A stretch of DNA of 37,772 nucleotides from Perkinsus chesapeaki ATCC PRA-425 (Eukaryota; Protista; Perkinsozoa). This document shows, piece by piece, positions 1 to 10,479 of this stretch (positions are counted from its first letter, which is position 1; the number at the start of each line of letters is the position of its first letter). The stretch is taken from contig JAAPAO010000342.1 of NCBI GenBank assembly GCA_013115145.1, positions 1 through 37,772 on the forward strand, given 5' to 3'. Position numbers and translations under genes: made by a program. A model generated the notes under the pieces. That model was not told the origin of the DNA and made no database searches. It was given only the letters and a program-made list of their open reading frames with translations.

Positions 1-145
1 AACACAATAGTAGCACAGAAGCTGTCCCGTTATATACGGGCCGAAAGGTTTTTCATGGCGCGTGACTGTTGGGCACAACTTCGTCCCGTAACATTTGATG
101 CACGTTTACCATTTTTCATTTCTCATCCCCTTCCCATCATCCATT

Positions 146-1102
146 ATGCTAAGAAACAGCTTTACGCGCTTGGCAAGACCTCGAGTGTTCTTCGATATCC
201 AAATAGGAAAAGTCTCAGCTGGTAGAGTTGAATTTATGCTTTTTAATGGTAAGCCCGGATCGCATACGTGCATAATAAAACCAATCGCATACTACTTGGT
301 GACACTCCTTTTCTCATGGCACTTGCCCGCCCCAAGGCTTACTCAATGTCGGTGTTACGTTGGAGATTGATGATCGCACTCAACAGTAGTTTGCTCGTCT
401 GAACATCTCCGACTTCACTTGATCATTCCTCTTTCCGCGTATGTGTCACCAAGTCATTCGATCCCTGTTCGATTTGCTTCTTTTCAGATGTCTGCCCGAG
501 AACATCCGAGAACTTCCGGGCCCTTTGCACCGGCGAAAAGGGCATTGGACTCTCCAATAAGCCTCTCCATTATAAAGGTTGCCACATGCATCGTATCATC
601 CCAAAGTTCATGATACAGGTGAGCTCAGTTCGTTACCAGCCCCCTTTCTTCAATGGTTCTCAGGGAGGTGACTTCACTAAGGGCAATGGTACCGGTGGCG
701 AATCCATCTACGGTTTCGAGTTTAAAGATGAGAATTTCGACCTCAAACACAACGAGGTTGGACCCGCGTTAAGTAGTCGAGCACCCCTTCCCATTTCAGC
801 CGTTCCTCTTGTCCATGGCAAATGCTGGTCCAAACACTAACGGTAGCCAATTCTTCATAACAACTGTACCGTGCCCTTGGTAAATATCCGCTTTTTCTAT
901 CAGTTATTCCTATATAATCAGGCTGGATGGCAAACACACAGTGTTCGGTAAAGTCGTGGACGGTTTGGATGTGGTCAAGAAAATGGAGGCCGTTGGAACG
1001 AATCGTAAGAGCAATCTGTCAGGCTCGTGACTCTTTAATTCAGATGGTAAGCCTCGAGAGGATGTTGTTATCACAGACTGTGGCGAAATTGAGGCTCCAT
1101 GA
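146..1102 (+). CDS. Cyclophilin-type peptidyl-prolyl isomerase, multi-exon, possible mitochondrial targeting peptide
   Basis: Spliced translation [21 protein letters not shown]...[19 protein letters not shown]...[27 protein letters not shown]...[19 protein letters not shown]...[12 protein letters not shown]; canonical GT-AG introns; stop TGA 1100-1102. Confidence 0.96.
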
Positions 1103-1231
1103 TTGCTGTGTGTTTTCGTAGTGTTTCTGGAAGCGCATTTGCTTGTGTTAATTCACCTATATAATTAAACCTACTATTAACAAACATCTCAAACGACAGG
1201 ACAACAACAGCAAGTCATGGCATTAGAGCTA

Positions 1232-1858
1232 TCATCGCTTTATTTTTCTGCAAGACTGCTGTCTAAAATTAGCGTGTCTAGCTGATAGCTTGTCCGCCAT
1301 ACTCTCGTAAATTTTCTGAATCCAAGCTGGTGAGCCTGTGTACGACTTGTAGTCCGGCGGCGGATCGTTCAAAAGCTTATTGATCGCGGAGGGGCATGTA
1401 TTTGGATATTGGGCGAATCTTTTGAAAGCATCGATCGTTATAGAGGACAAGTGTTTCAATGGGAAAACGTCTTCGAGTTGATCCCAATCATCCTTGCCGC
1501 CTTTGGTCAGCACTTCTCCTATCTGGTTCCTTGTTTGGCATCCAAATTCGACAGTTTTATCGGTACGTGAGCTGAAATAGTAGAATGATGATGTATACTA
1601 CTGGTAGAGATGTCTTACAAGTAGATATACAAGCCAGTTGCTAGATCAGCATAACGTGTCGTAGATACACCGTAATGAGGATCAAGCTTAAAGTGGAAGT
1701 CCATGCCACCTTTGTTAATGGAGCAAGTAACATTACCATCCGAAGGAACCTATATAAAATGCAATTAATAGGAAACAATGACGTTGACAGATTACCTGGT
1801 GGCTCAGTGATGCCCTTAGACTCTGTAGGGTTAGTATGTATAATATTAATCTAAACAT
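1232..1858 (-). CDS. Hypothetical secreted protein, multi-exon
   Basis: ATG 1858 gives a signal-peptide-like MFRLILYILTLQSLRASLSHQ, then GT-AG-joined exons (VPSDGNVTCSINKGGMDFHFKLDPHYG...); last exon is ORF 1232-1513. No family recognised. Confidence 0.55.
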
Positions 1859-1989
1859 CTCTCTAACAAACGGCTAAGACTGTTACGTACGCAAGCGCAT
1901 TTTCCATAACCTCTCGCCCGCCGTTTAATCGATATTTCTGAGCGCATCTAACTTCCGAGGGCGGTCCGCGTTCGCTTGTTGTTGTACTA

Positions 1990-2923
1990 ATGCCGGGGAG
2001 CAGTGGCGCCGTGAACCCTGCTGTTAGAGATGCCACAGGACAGGTAAATGAATAACAATTACTATCACTAGTATAGACCATAGGTTGCACTCGAAATGGG
2101 AAGACAGACCCTCTTGGCAGCGTCAAATGCTGCACAACAAGGACTAGTTCAAGTAGGAATAAAGCTTGTTGTTAAAACAGGCTGCATCATCAGGTTCATC
2201 ACTACATTCAGCAAGGGCCCAACGGGCTCAGAGTCCTATGCTTTGTCGGCGGCCTGGGGGTCACACTAACCGGTGCTATTGGCGTGTTAAACATATTTTC
2301 GACAATTCTTCACCCGATCGACTACCTCTGCAATGCGTAATGGTGGCTAGTTCGACGGCCAATGACGTCTGAGGTATTCTGGTAGATATCAATTTCTGTT
2401 TGGTGTGGTGACATGCATACTAGAAGCCAATCCAGAACTACTTCAAGAAAGAGTTCGCTGGCAAGAAAAAATGTGGGTATACTACTTTTCAGGCTTGTCC
2501 TCTTGCTAATTAAGTCCATGAGTTTTTATCGTTCACTTTGCCGTGATGTCGTTGTTATTGCTTCCTACGACCTACATGCTTCTCGTATTAGCGACCTTCG
2601 ATCCAGGAAGTGGTTCCTCTAACCCTTTTACACACCAGGACGACGACAAGGCAACTGTGGTCAGATACGAGTACGCCAAGTTCTTGACGTTATTATGGGG
2701 CCGTGGATTATTCTATGTATTTCAAGGATCATTAGCTCTTGTTCAATTTACATTATTATACGCTATAGTGGGCGTGTATATGATAGTGATGGGCATATTA
2801 TGCCTGGCTATGTGGAAAGGGTGAGTTGGTGAGACATTTTTTATTTTTCACAGCTTCCAAAAAATAACCAATTGCAAAAACATTCGGGAAGTTGATGACA
2901 AGGTGGAGATACCTGACATTTGA
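1990..2923 (+). CDS. COPI-associated / TVP15-like small multipass Golgi membrane protein
   Basis: Spliced MPGSSGAVNPAVRD...QQGPNGLRVLCFVGGLGVTLTGAIGVL...YQFLFGVVTCILE...YEYAKFLTLLWGRGLFYVFQG; the FLxxxxGRGxFY motif is typical of the family; stop 2921-2923. Confidence 0.75.
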
Positions 2924-3773
2924 GTGCTAACAGGAGGAGCACATTTGGCCGATGATGCTAGATGAGTCTCTGGTGCCCCTACCACCACGGGATGCGAAAT
3001 GAGCATAGCGGTAGATGTAGCACAAGCTCATCCGAAACCGGAACCTACCTTAAAACTCTTAGTATTGTGAAATACCTTAACAAAGTCTGATCTTCCCACA
3101 CAGTTTGCACCATAGATTTTCATACCAGCATTCACGTACTTGCCTTCATCGCTCTTCCGAGGCAATCAATTTTGCCATTGAGAATCTCCATTATGGAGAA
3201 GTATTATCAGACACTAGCATCATGATCATGCAGATACCAACCCAATCTCGAAGGTGTTCAACAAACCATAGCGGAGCAAACTGGCAGATTCGTACCAGCG
3301 AATGCAATGGAAAGAGGAACGGTGTCGTTGGAAAGATAGTTTTCATTATCACATATGCTTAAATCACGTGCTTTCGGTTTACTACTTTGTCGTGTTGTAA
3401 TTATACCTTTGCTGTGGTGAAGTTCCGATATAGCTTTGCTGAATGAGCTTCGCTTTAATATTCTTAATCGTTGTAGCTTTGGATCTCGTCGAATCCGGAA
3501 CCCTACATACGAACGCACAAGGGGTAAGCTGCTGCTCATCCTAGAGCTCATCATCACCATTCGGCGGGAGTGTTCAGGTGACGTCCGTAGCCGCTGACGA
3601 GGACTGTGTTCTCGAGCAGTTGGAGCCCCACATCACCGCTACAATTACTCCTTGTGAGAAGCTTGGAATATCTAAGATACAGGTGACTGATTACGTGAAG
3701 CCGACAGCTAGTTGGAGGATGTAAGCAGCAGCGCTATTAGTGATTATTATCCAACTCACTCGGGGATCTTCTC

Positions 3774-4905
3774 AGAGATTTTGCTCATGAAGAGGTTTTC
3801 GTCTCCGTTGATGACGAAGAGAGTGGGGCTCACGTGTGGTATGCTGGCACCAAAGAGAGCAAGGCCGAGGACATGCAGAAATTACGAGAGTTCTCAATTG
3901 CTAACGACCTCGGGAAGACTCTTTTCCAAACGCTGAAGTCGAATAGTCTGAAAGAATTTGACGATGACGAGACGAGGAAAGCGAAATGTATGGTCATTGC
4001 AGAGGAACTTTCTATCGACCGAAAACCTGGTATCGAATGGATGAGAGATTTCTTTAGAAGGAAGCAAGACGAACTTATAAAGACCATGGCCAAATTGAGG
4101 GAGGGAAAAATCGACAAAAAAGAGGTGTCGGGAACGGCCGACAAGTTGTCGAAGTCCAAGCCTCCCGAGCCGCCAATGTCTTACGAAAGATACTATAAGA
4201 GGAATAAAGGCGAGCTGGAGGGGAAATGGGCAAGTTCGTCTGAGGATGATGAGGGGTCAATTAGATCGTTCGGTGGAGACATCCGTGACACAGACCCACA
4301 AACCGTAACCCATTACGCCAATGGTAAGTGCGTGATCAAGCAAGACAGTCCGAGGATATTGGCCACATTTACTCCTAACAACAACATGGGTATATCAGCT
4401 GTGAATGCACATGATGAAGAAAGCTCTCAGGAAACTTTGATGTAGGAAATGAAGTCTGTTCGCATTTGTCCACATTCAGCCTGAATGTTTTAGAGACTTT
4501 TCTGGTGAGAAAGTTATCGCTTCGATCGGATATGTTGGTAGCCCAAGCATATGGAGTTACATGGGAAAGCCCGAAGACAAAAGCCAAGATATACAACACC
4601 TAGCTGAATTCGATATTACAAAGTTACTCAGCAAAGATACTCTTACATCGCTGAACGCCTACGCGTTTACCTTTCGTGATGGGGCGCAACAGAGGCTAGC
4701 GAAGTGCACGCTAATCACCAAAGCTCTGATTAAAGAAGGTAAAGGAATATCTTGGATTACAGAATTCTTCGCAAATAAGAAGGATGAGTTGATCCGCAAG
4801 ATTAAGGAATTGAACGAGAAAACGGAGCTGAAGACACCGAAAAAATCATCCTTAAAAAGAAAAAAAAGCGTAGAGGGTGGTGCGCGAAAGAAAAGACAGA
4901 CTTAA
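3774..4905 (+). CDS. Hypothetical protein (3' part) with two copies of a ~110-aa domain; upstream exons probably extend to ~3000
   Basis: ORFs 3834-4445 and 4561-4905 join through a short intron (~4442-4479) and align with each other (AKC, GIxW, FF, KxDELI). 5' end unresolved. Confidence 0.6.
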
Positions 4906-5106
4906 ACGAAGATGGAAAATATATGCATGAGATGTTTATGTTTATGATGTTAGTGTGTGTGTGATGAGGCGACTTTGGTGTTCATAGTTCATACACCCCT
5001 CAACAAAGGATAACACGCTTGTCAACTCGACGTCGTCAATATCAGAATTTAGTGAAGGACCAGTATGGACTGCAACACGACAATGATAGTATTCGATAAG
5101 ACATCA

Positions 5107-8100
5107 TCAGTCATCATTATCATCACTTGCATCGTCATGTGAATCAGCAACAGTAGCATTAACCTCATCTGCTACGCCTTTATCGATAGCTTCTTCGATG
5201 GCTTCGGCGGTATCACCACTCCTGGGAGTTTCTGCTGTGTGGGGAGGTAGTTCATCACACACAATCTCATCTTCTGAATGTGAAGCAGCTAAATGAGACT
5301 GTATTTAATTGATATTATTAATAATGAAAATCGTATTTATCCAATAATATTTTCACTGATGAATGTAGACTCGGTGAGGCGATATGATAAGTGATGACAA
5401 GACTGCAAGACTGCATTTACGGTAAGGTCCGAAACGGATGATAGAGATCCAATCCGAACTAGAGCATCAGATTATTTATAGTGTATGGAAAACATTCAAC
5501 AATGCACAAGACAAAACTTACCAGAATCAGAGTCACCATTTCCTTTGTGTCTCTTCTCTTCCTCTTCCCAATGCTGAAGAGTCATCTTAACCCATTCGTC
5601 CTTCTCTCGTGTAAAAGCATCGAGTATCTCCCGGTCCCTCGGTGTCATAGGGTTGGTCACCTATGTTTCACAACCATGCAGACTTATCTCACCGATCCCC
5701 CCTCACGCTGGGATCATATTTCATCCAACCACCTTCCGCAAATTCTGCCTCGCCCGCAACTGCTGTCCCGTCCTCCATTCCGTCTCGTTCTTGCATCGCC
5801 TATGTGACTGTTATTCACCTGGCGAGCGGATCTGCCTTCACCTTGGCTTTTTTCCTCCGATCCTTTTTAAGCGTTGATATTGACTTTTCCACGACAGGGT
5901 CAGTGATAGGCAGGTCGAGCTCTCGACCCTGATATCAATTATTGCTTTTGACAATGCAGATGATGCTAACCTTGCGAGAGCGTAGGAAGTTGTTCAATAA
6001 TGTTTCCTCCGATGTCATCAGCATCTTCTCGGCCTGTGCCCGCACTCTGACAATTAATATAGCTTTCCAGGATTGATAAGTTTCGTTTCGCAGATTGTTC
6101 GGGCGCTATAGACTCACATAAGCTCTTCAAACTGATTTGGATAAACAACATCTTTAAGGGAGTCTGTTTTGACGTCATCTTTCTCCCGTCTGGCATGAAT
6201 CGCCGCTCTCTAACAGACAACGACATTTAGTCACCCTTTATCTATCTGAGAATCTAAACTCGTTTACAGAGCGTTTACTCGCTGCTGTATGGTATCCCGC
6301 TGGCGTTTGGCTAGTTCCAGAAGCCTGTTAATCTCTGGTTTGTCTTCTTCATCTGCATCTCCGCGTTCACAGCTAGTCCGCTTCAACTCTTCAATCTGTT
6401 CGTCGAGCCATTCTATGACAAAGATCGTTGCAACACACCCTCATCAATTAGACTCTACTGTCATTCTGGAACTGTGCGGGCCCCGAGTTAAGTTTATGTG
6501 TTATCCAATGGTACTTCTCGGCTTCAAGACGGTCCATTGGCTAAAAATATGATATCCTTAGTGTCTTTACGCTTGGAGGAAAGGCCAAGCAGAAGGCCTC
6601 GACGTGGTAAGAAAGCTTGAAAACTGGTTTACGGTTCCGCATTTGCGGGCGATTGTCTTACCGAGTCACTATTTGCCAACTCCCGAAGCAGAAGACGTCG
6701 CTCGAGTTCCTCCTGTCGAATATGAAGATCGTAGATATTCTCTGGTGGAGGTCGAAGCTGGTCATATCCTTCACGGACCTGTAGAGAATTGATCAGTTGA
6801 GGCGTCAGTAGAGGTTCATGTGTTACTAGACGCTCTTGCTCTTCCCGTTTTCGTTGCTCTTCAGCATCTGATATCTTCCGCAGGGCTTCGCCTAGTTCTT
6901 GGCGCAGTTTATTGATCTCATCTGTGGGACAATTGTTGTGTCAAAACACCTCGTTACATCGAAAACAATCCGGCAACCCGGAATCGAACCAGGGACCATC
7001 CGATAACTAACCACTACAGTCGGACGCTCTACCAACTGAGCTATTGCCGGTTGAACGTGAAAGTCCAACGACGGGATCATGCGTGCAAATGCTCGTTTTG
7101 TGTTAATCAATACCCTCGACGTGCCCGGGGCGTGGGCGACTGTATTGAATATAACGCCCTCTATACTGGTGTCTATAATCACTATATTGCACTGACCGAG
7201 ATCGTTGGAAGGCATCGATACCCACCCTCCTGTTCTTTCCTGGCCAGCTCTATCTGGGTCACTTTTTTACTTAGATCACTGACTTCTTTGATCTCGTCGC
7301 TCGGTAGTCTCCTACACATACGTTATGGATTTGATATACGTTCGCAATTCATCACTCAGCTAGTTTGAATCTTTCGTTCGATTCTTTCGCAACAATCTCC
7401 GAGTCATCAGCAAAGCCTTTGGCCTATAAACATCTCCTCATCCCAAACCAACAATACACCCCCCCGAGTTTGGCAGTTTAAATACCTCTAATATCTCTTC
7501 CAGCCGTTTAGCTTTGAATTCGAGCTTTGCCATGTCGAGACCCGACTTGAACACCCCATCCCCCTCAAAAAGGCTCCCTAAACCATTTATGCCATCCCCA
7601 AGCTACTAGAGGCCCACCAACTTAGGCACTTACGCTTTCCTAGTCGCCGGATGGGTGGCGTATACATCCCCGAAGCTATTTCATCGTCGTTGACTGAACA
7701 ATACACAATATCATGTTGCTCTCCTCTCCTCCTACGCAATTCCTCTCCTTTCAGATTTTCATTCAGACGCTATCCGCTCAGCCCATCTCACGAAAGTACG
7801 CTTGCTTCAGCCAAAAATGAATGCACGTGCGATCTACAGCCCTACGCTACTTCCCTTCCGTCCGTCCCCCTTGTGACGATGATGGACCAGAATTGCTTGC
7901 GGCGCCCAACACTATTCCCCATTCACACTTATACTCACAGTCAGATGACCGCTGTAGAATTTGCTCTAGTTCCTCCAACTGTGCGAGTAAACAGACCCCT
8001 TTGTCCCCGAGGACCTGCCACCATAATGTAGAGCTCTTGCGCGATGCCAGGCTCTAACATTTGCATCAGCTATATCTTACCATTGCAATTCATCCAGGAC

Positions 8101-8120
8101 AGAAGTAGCAACACATACAC
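5107..8120 (-). CDS. Large multi-exon hypothetical coiled-coil protein; hosts tRNA-Tyr in a predicted intron
   Basis: E/K/R/Q-rich exons joined by GT-AG introns (EINKLRQELGEALRKISDAEEQRKREEQERL; RLPSDEIKEVSDLSKKVTQIELARKEQE); acidic tail ending TGA at 5107-5109. Exon chain and start approximate. Confidence 0.45.
6969..7050 (-). tRNA. trnY-GUA: tRNA-Tyr(GUA) with 9-nt intron (7005-7013)
   Basis: Reverse complement folds fully: acceptor CCGGCAA/TTGCCGG, D stem GCTC/GAGC, anticodon stem TCCGA/TCGGA with CTGTAG+[TGGTTAGTT]+A, T arm CCTGG-TTCGATT-CCGGG, discriminator A, downstream TTGTTTT. Confidence 0.96.
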
Positions 8121-8359
8121 TTTGGGACGCGCGTTCCGAATTAGCGCGCGCCCTGATGATCGATAGTCTTGCACAGTTTCCAAGTCTCCAGTCTACCAGG
8201 AAGCTTACTAAGGGGTTTGTTAAAAGGCAGTGTAAGGTAGGCGGGAGAATACAGTGGTGAAGGTGCTGGCAATGGGGATCTACGAGGGACGGTCAAAGGT
8301 GGAAAACATGCAGGGGAGATTCCGGACAGTCTTAAGTGTTTGATATATAATTTCACTGT

Positions 8360-10348
8360 ATGGGTTGCGGGGCTTCTGCTGCCAAAACACACTCGAATGA
8401 AGTAATAACTGCCAAGTCGACAACAGCAGAAGGAGACATAAAAGATACTCAGCAGGTTGTAATGTGCACCAATGCCTTTAACATACTGTCAATATATTCA
8501 GACTGGGAATGAAGTAACCCCAACTGTGACCGACCAGGCAAAAGAGGACCTACCAGCTATGGAGCCAATCACGAAGGAGGTGGACGCTACGCTGAGCCAG
8601 TGGAGGAGGTTCGTCTTGCTATCAGGGAGGAGAAGCTGTAGTCGAAGAAGTCGGTGCGGCGAGCGCAGAAGGTGAAACGGTCGAGGATCTTCGCAGCAGG
8701 AATGTTGAGTGGACAAGGATATTTGACGAATGTATCTCATATGCAACATGCCGGGATCGAACCCACGCTCTATTGCTTATCAGGTTGTGCGGACAGCGGC
8801 TCAACGGCTGCGTTAGATTATCAACATTTCCGAAAGGCGTTAAAAACGTTAAACCCTGGCATCATGAACCGCCAGTGCGAAGCGCTCTATTTGGGCACCT
8901 TGGACGTGGAGGTGGCGCAACTTCCTGGCATCATCGGCATCGCTGGAATTTTTCAGACTGAGCGAAGCACTCCCGTCGACTTCGCGGAGTTCTACAAATG
9001 CGCCGGTGCAGTCGTGAAGAAGGACCTATCGAGCTTCCCTAACTTGGACGCTACAGCGTATCACCAGTTAGCTGAGGGACAGTCCGCGTTGAAGGCGAAG
9101 GCACGCTCTTACTTGGTAAGTGACCAGCATCGTCGTCATCAAGTTTGAAAACCCATGTGGATGGCCTGATTAATTGCACCCCAGTTCGATTCCCAGGGAT
9201 GGTATTTTAATTCCTGTCAGATTGGAGGGGTCCGCAGTGGAGTTTTAGAGGGTTTGTGCAACGAGGCCGATGCTGCAGGAGAGGGTGCTGCTGAGGAGGA
9301 GGGGATCACCGAGGACGGGTGTGTCCTAAAACTTGCTCATTTCATCGTCTACTCGGCGTCCTTTAGTTACCGTGAGAAATACCCAGCTTATGCAGCTGAG
9401 TTCGACAAGGCCGAAGGGAAAGATGCTGAGGGAAAGCTTCCAGTCAAGTAATCAACCGTAAGCTCACATCTGCTGCTACGGGAAAAGATACCGATCTGAA
9501 TTCGCCTCGCTGCTTTCAGCGGATGACCTGTAGCCCTTTGAGAGCTGCCGTGTCATCAAATGTCGTGACATTAACCAAACCTTGATGCTCGTCCTGATCT
9601 CCGCATTACTGCCAGTTGTCTGCTGCAGGTATGTTAAAGGCGTACTTGCGGAAATCGCCACATCAAATGGGAAGTTGCAGCCAGCTCAGGCGCAGGTTAG
9701 GTATTTATGTGGAGCTAGGGATATTGTAAGTGGGGGAGGGGAGGATTGATATAACAGAACTGGTTGCGGTATCCGAGAAGGCAAGCTCAGTAGCTGAATG
9801 GTAGAGCGATCGACGGTGTAGTGGGGAGTGGCGAAGGTTCGATCCCCCCACGTTGCATCTTTTGCTTCAGGACAGCGCTGGCTCGCTGGACTTGGTGGAG
9901 TTCATGTACGTCTGTGAAGCATTCTTTCACGATGATCTCAGTAAATTCCCGGGGACAACCGAGAAGGAGTTGAAGAAAATATATTATCAAACACAGGCGA
10001 TCAAAACTAAAGTGACCGGCGAATCCAATTGCTATTTAAACTATTAGTCCCGATTAGGCGCGAGGGAATATGGTAGGAGGACTCAGGGAGAAGACACTTC
10101 ACAAACTCTATGATGAATTTGAAGCGAATGAGGCTGACGATGAGGGGAAGCTGGCTGACGAGGCAGCAGCTGAGAAGGATGTGAAGGCAGTAGATGATGA
10201 GGTAAGCTCTGATTCGCCGTGGCGAGTGTCTCACGAAGCTGCTCAGGCTGCCTCACCCGGCCCTGTTGAAGAGGAAGTTGCAGCTGATGCAGCTCAGGAG
10301 GTTACGGATGGTGCGCAAGAAGCCGCCGGGGTGGAGGAAAACGCATAG
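8360..10348 (+). CDS. Putative N-myristoylated/palmitoylated protein with degenerate EF-hand-like repeats and acidic tail
   Basis: Starts MGCGASAAK; repeats PVDFAEFYKCAGAVVKKDLSSFP and SLDLVEFMYVCEAFFHDDLSKFP; exons match ORFs 8654-9148, 9254-9451, 9853-10047 and 10070-10348. Confidence 0.65.
9179..9208 (+). pseudogene. tRNA 3' relic in intron 9116-9220 (sense)
   Basis: GTTCGATT-CCCAG-GGATGGT-A-TTTT; exact tRNA-gene 3' register, T stem unpaired. Confidence 0.6.
9781..9863 (+). pseudogene. Near full-length degenerate tRNA making up almost the whole intron 9781-9870
   Basis: A-box-like TAGCTGAATGGTAGAGCG, B box GGTTCGATCCCC, acceptor strands GCAAGCT/ACGTTGC (5 of 7 pairs), then A-TCTTTT. An in-frame TAG shows the stretch must be spliced out. 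Confidence 0.75.
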
Positions 10349-10479
10349 GATCGATTCTTGGAAGAGGCGTTTTTAGTGTTCACTCCATAGCCATGAAAAG
10401 TTGTCTGTAAGAATCTTAGGTTGTTGCGTGCTTGATACAGAGAACCTATCTCGCAGCTTGTTAGCTTCTTCTCCTATTA

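Noticed and set aside
1858-1990. Very short divergent promoter between two genes
   Set aside because: Expected in such a compact genome; no distinctive motif identified.
3000-3560. Possible transposase or zinc-finger remnant (Cys/His-rich frames)
   Set aside because: No DDE motif, terminal repeats or consistent frame could be shown.
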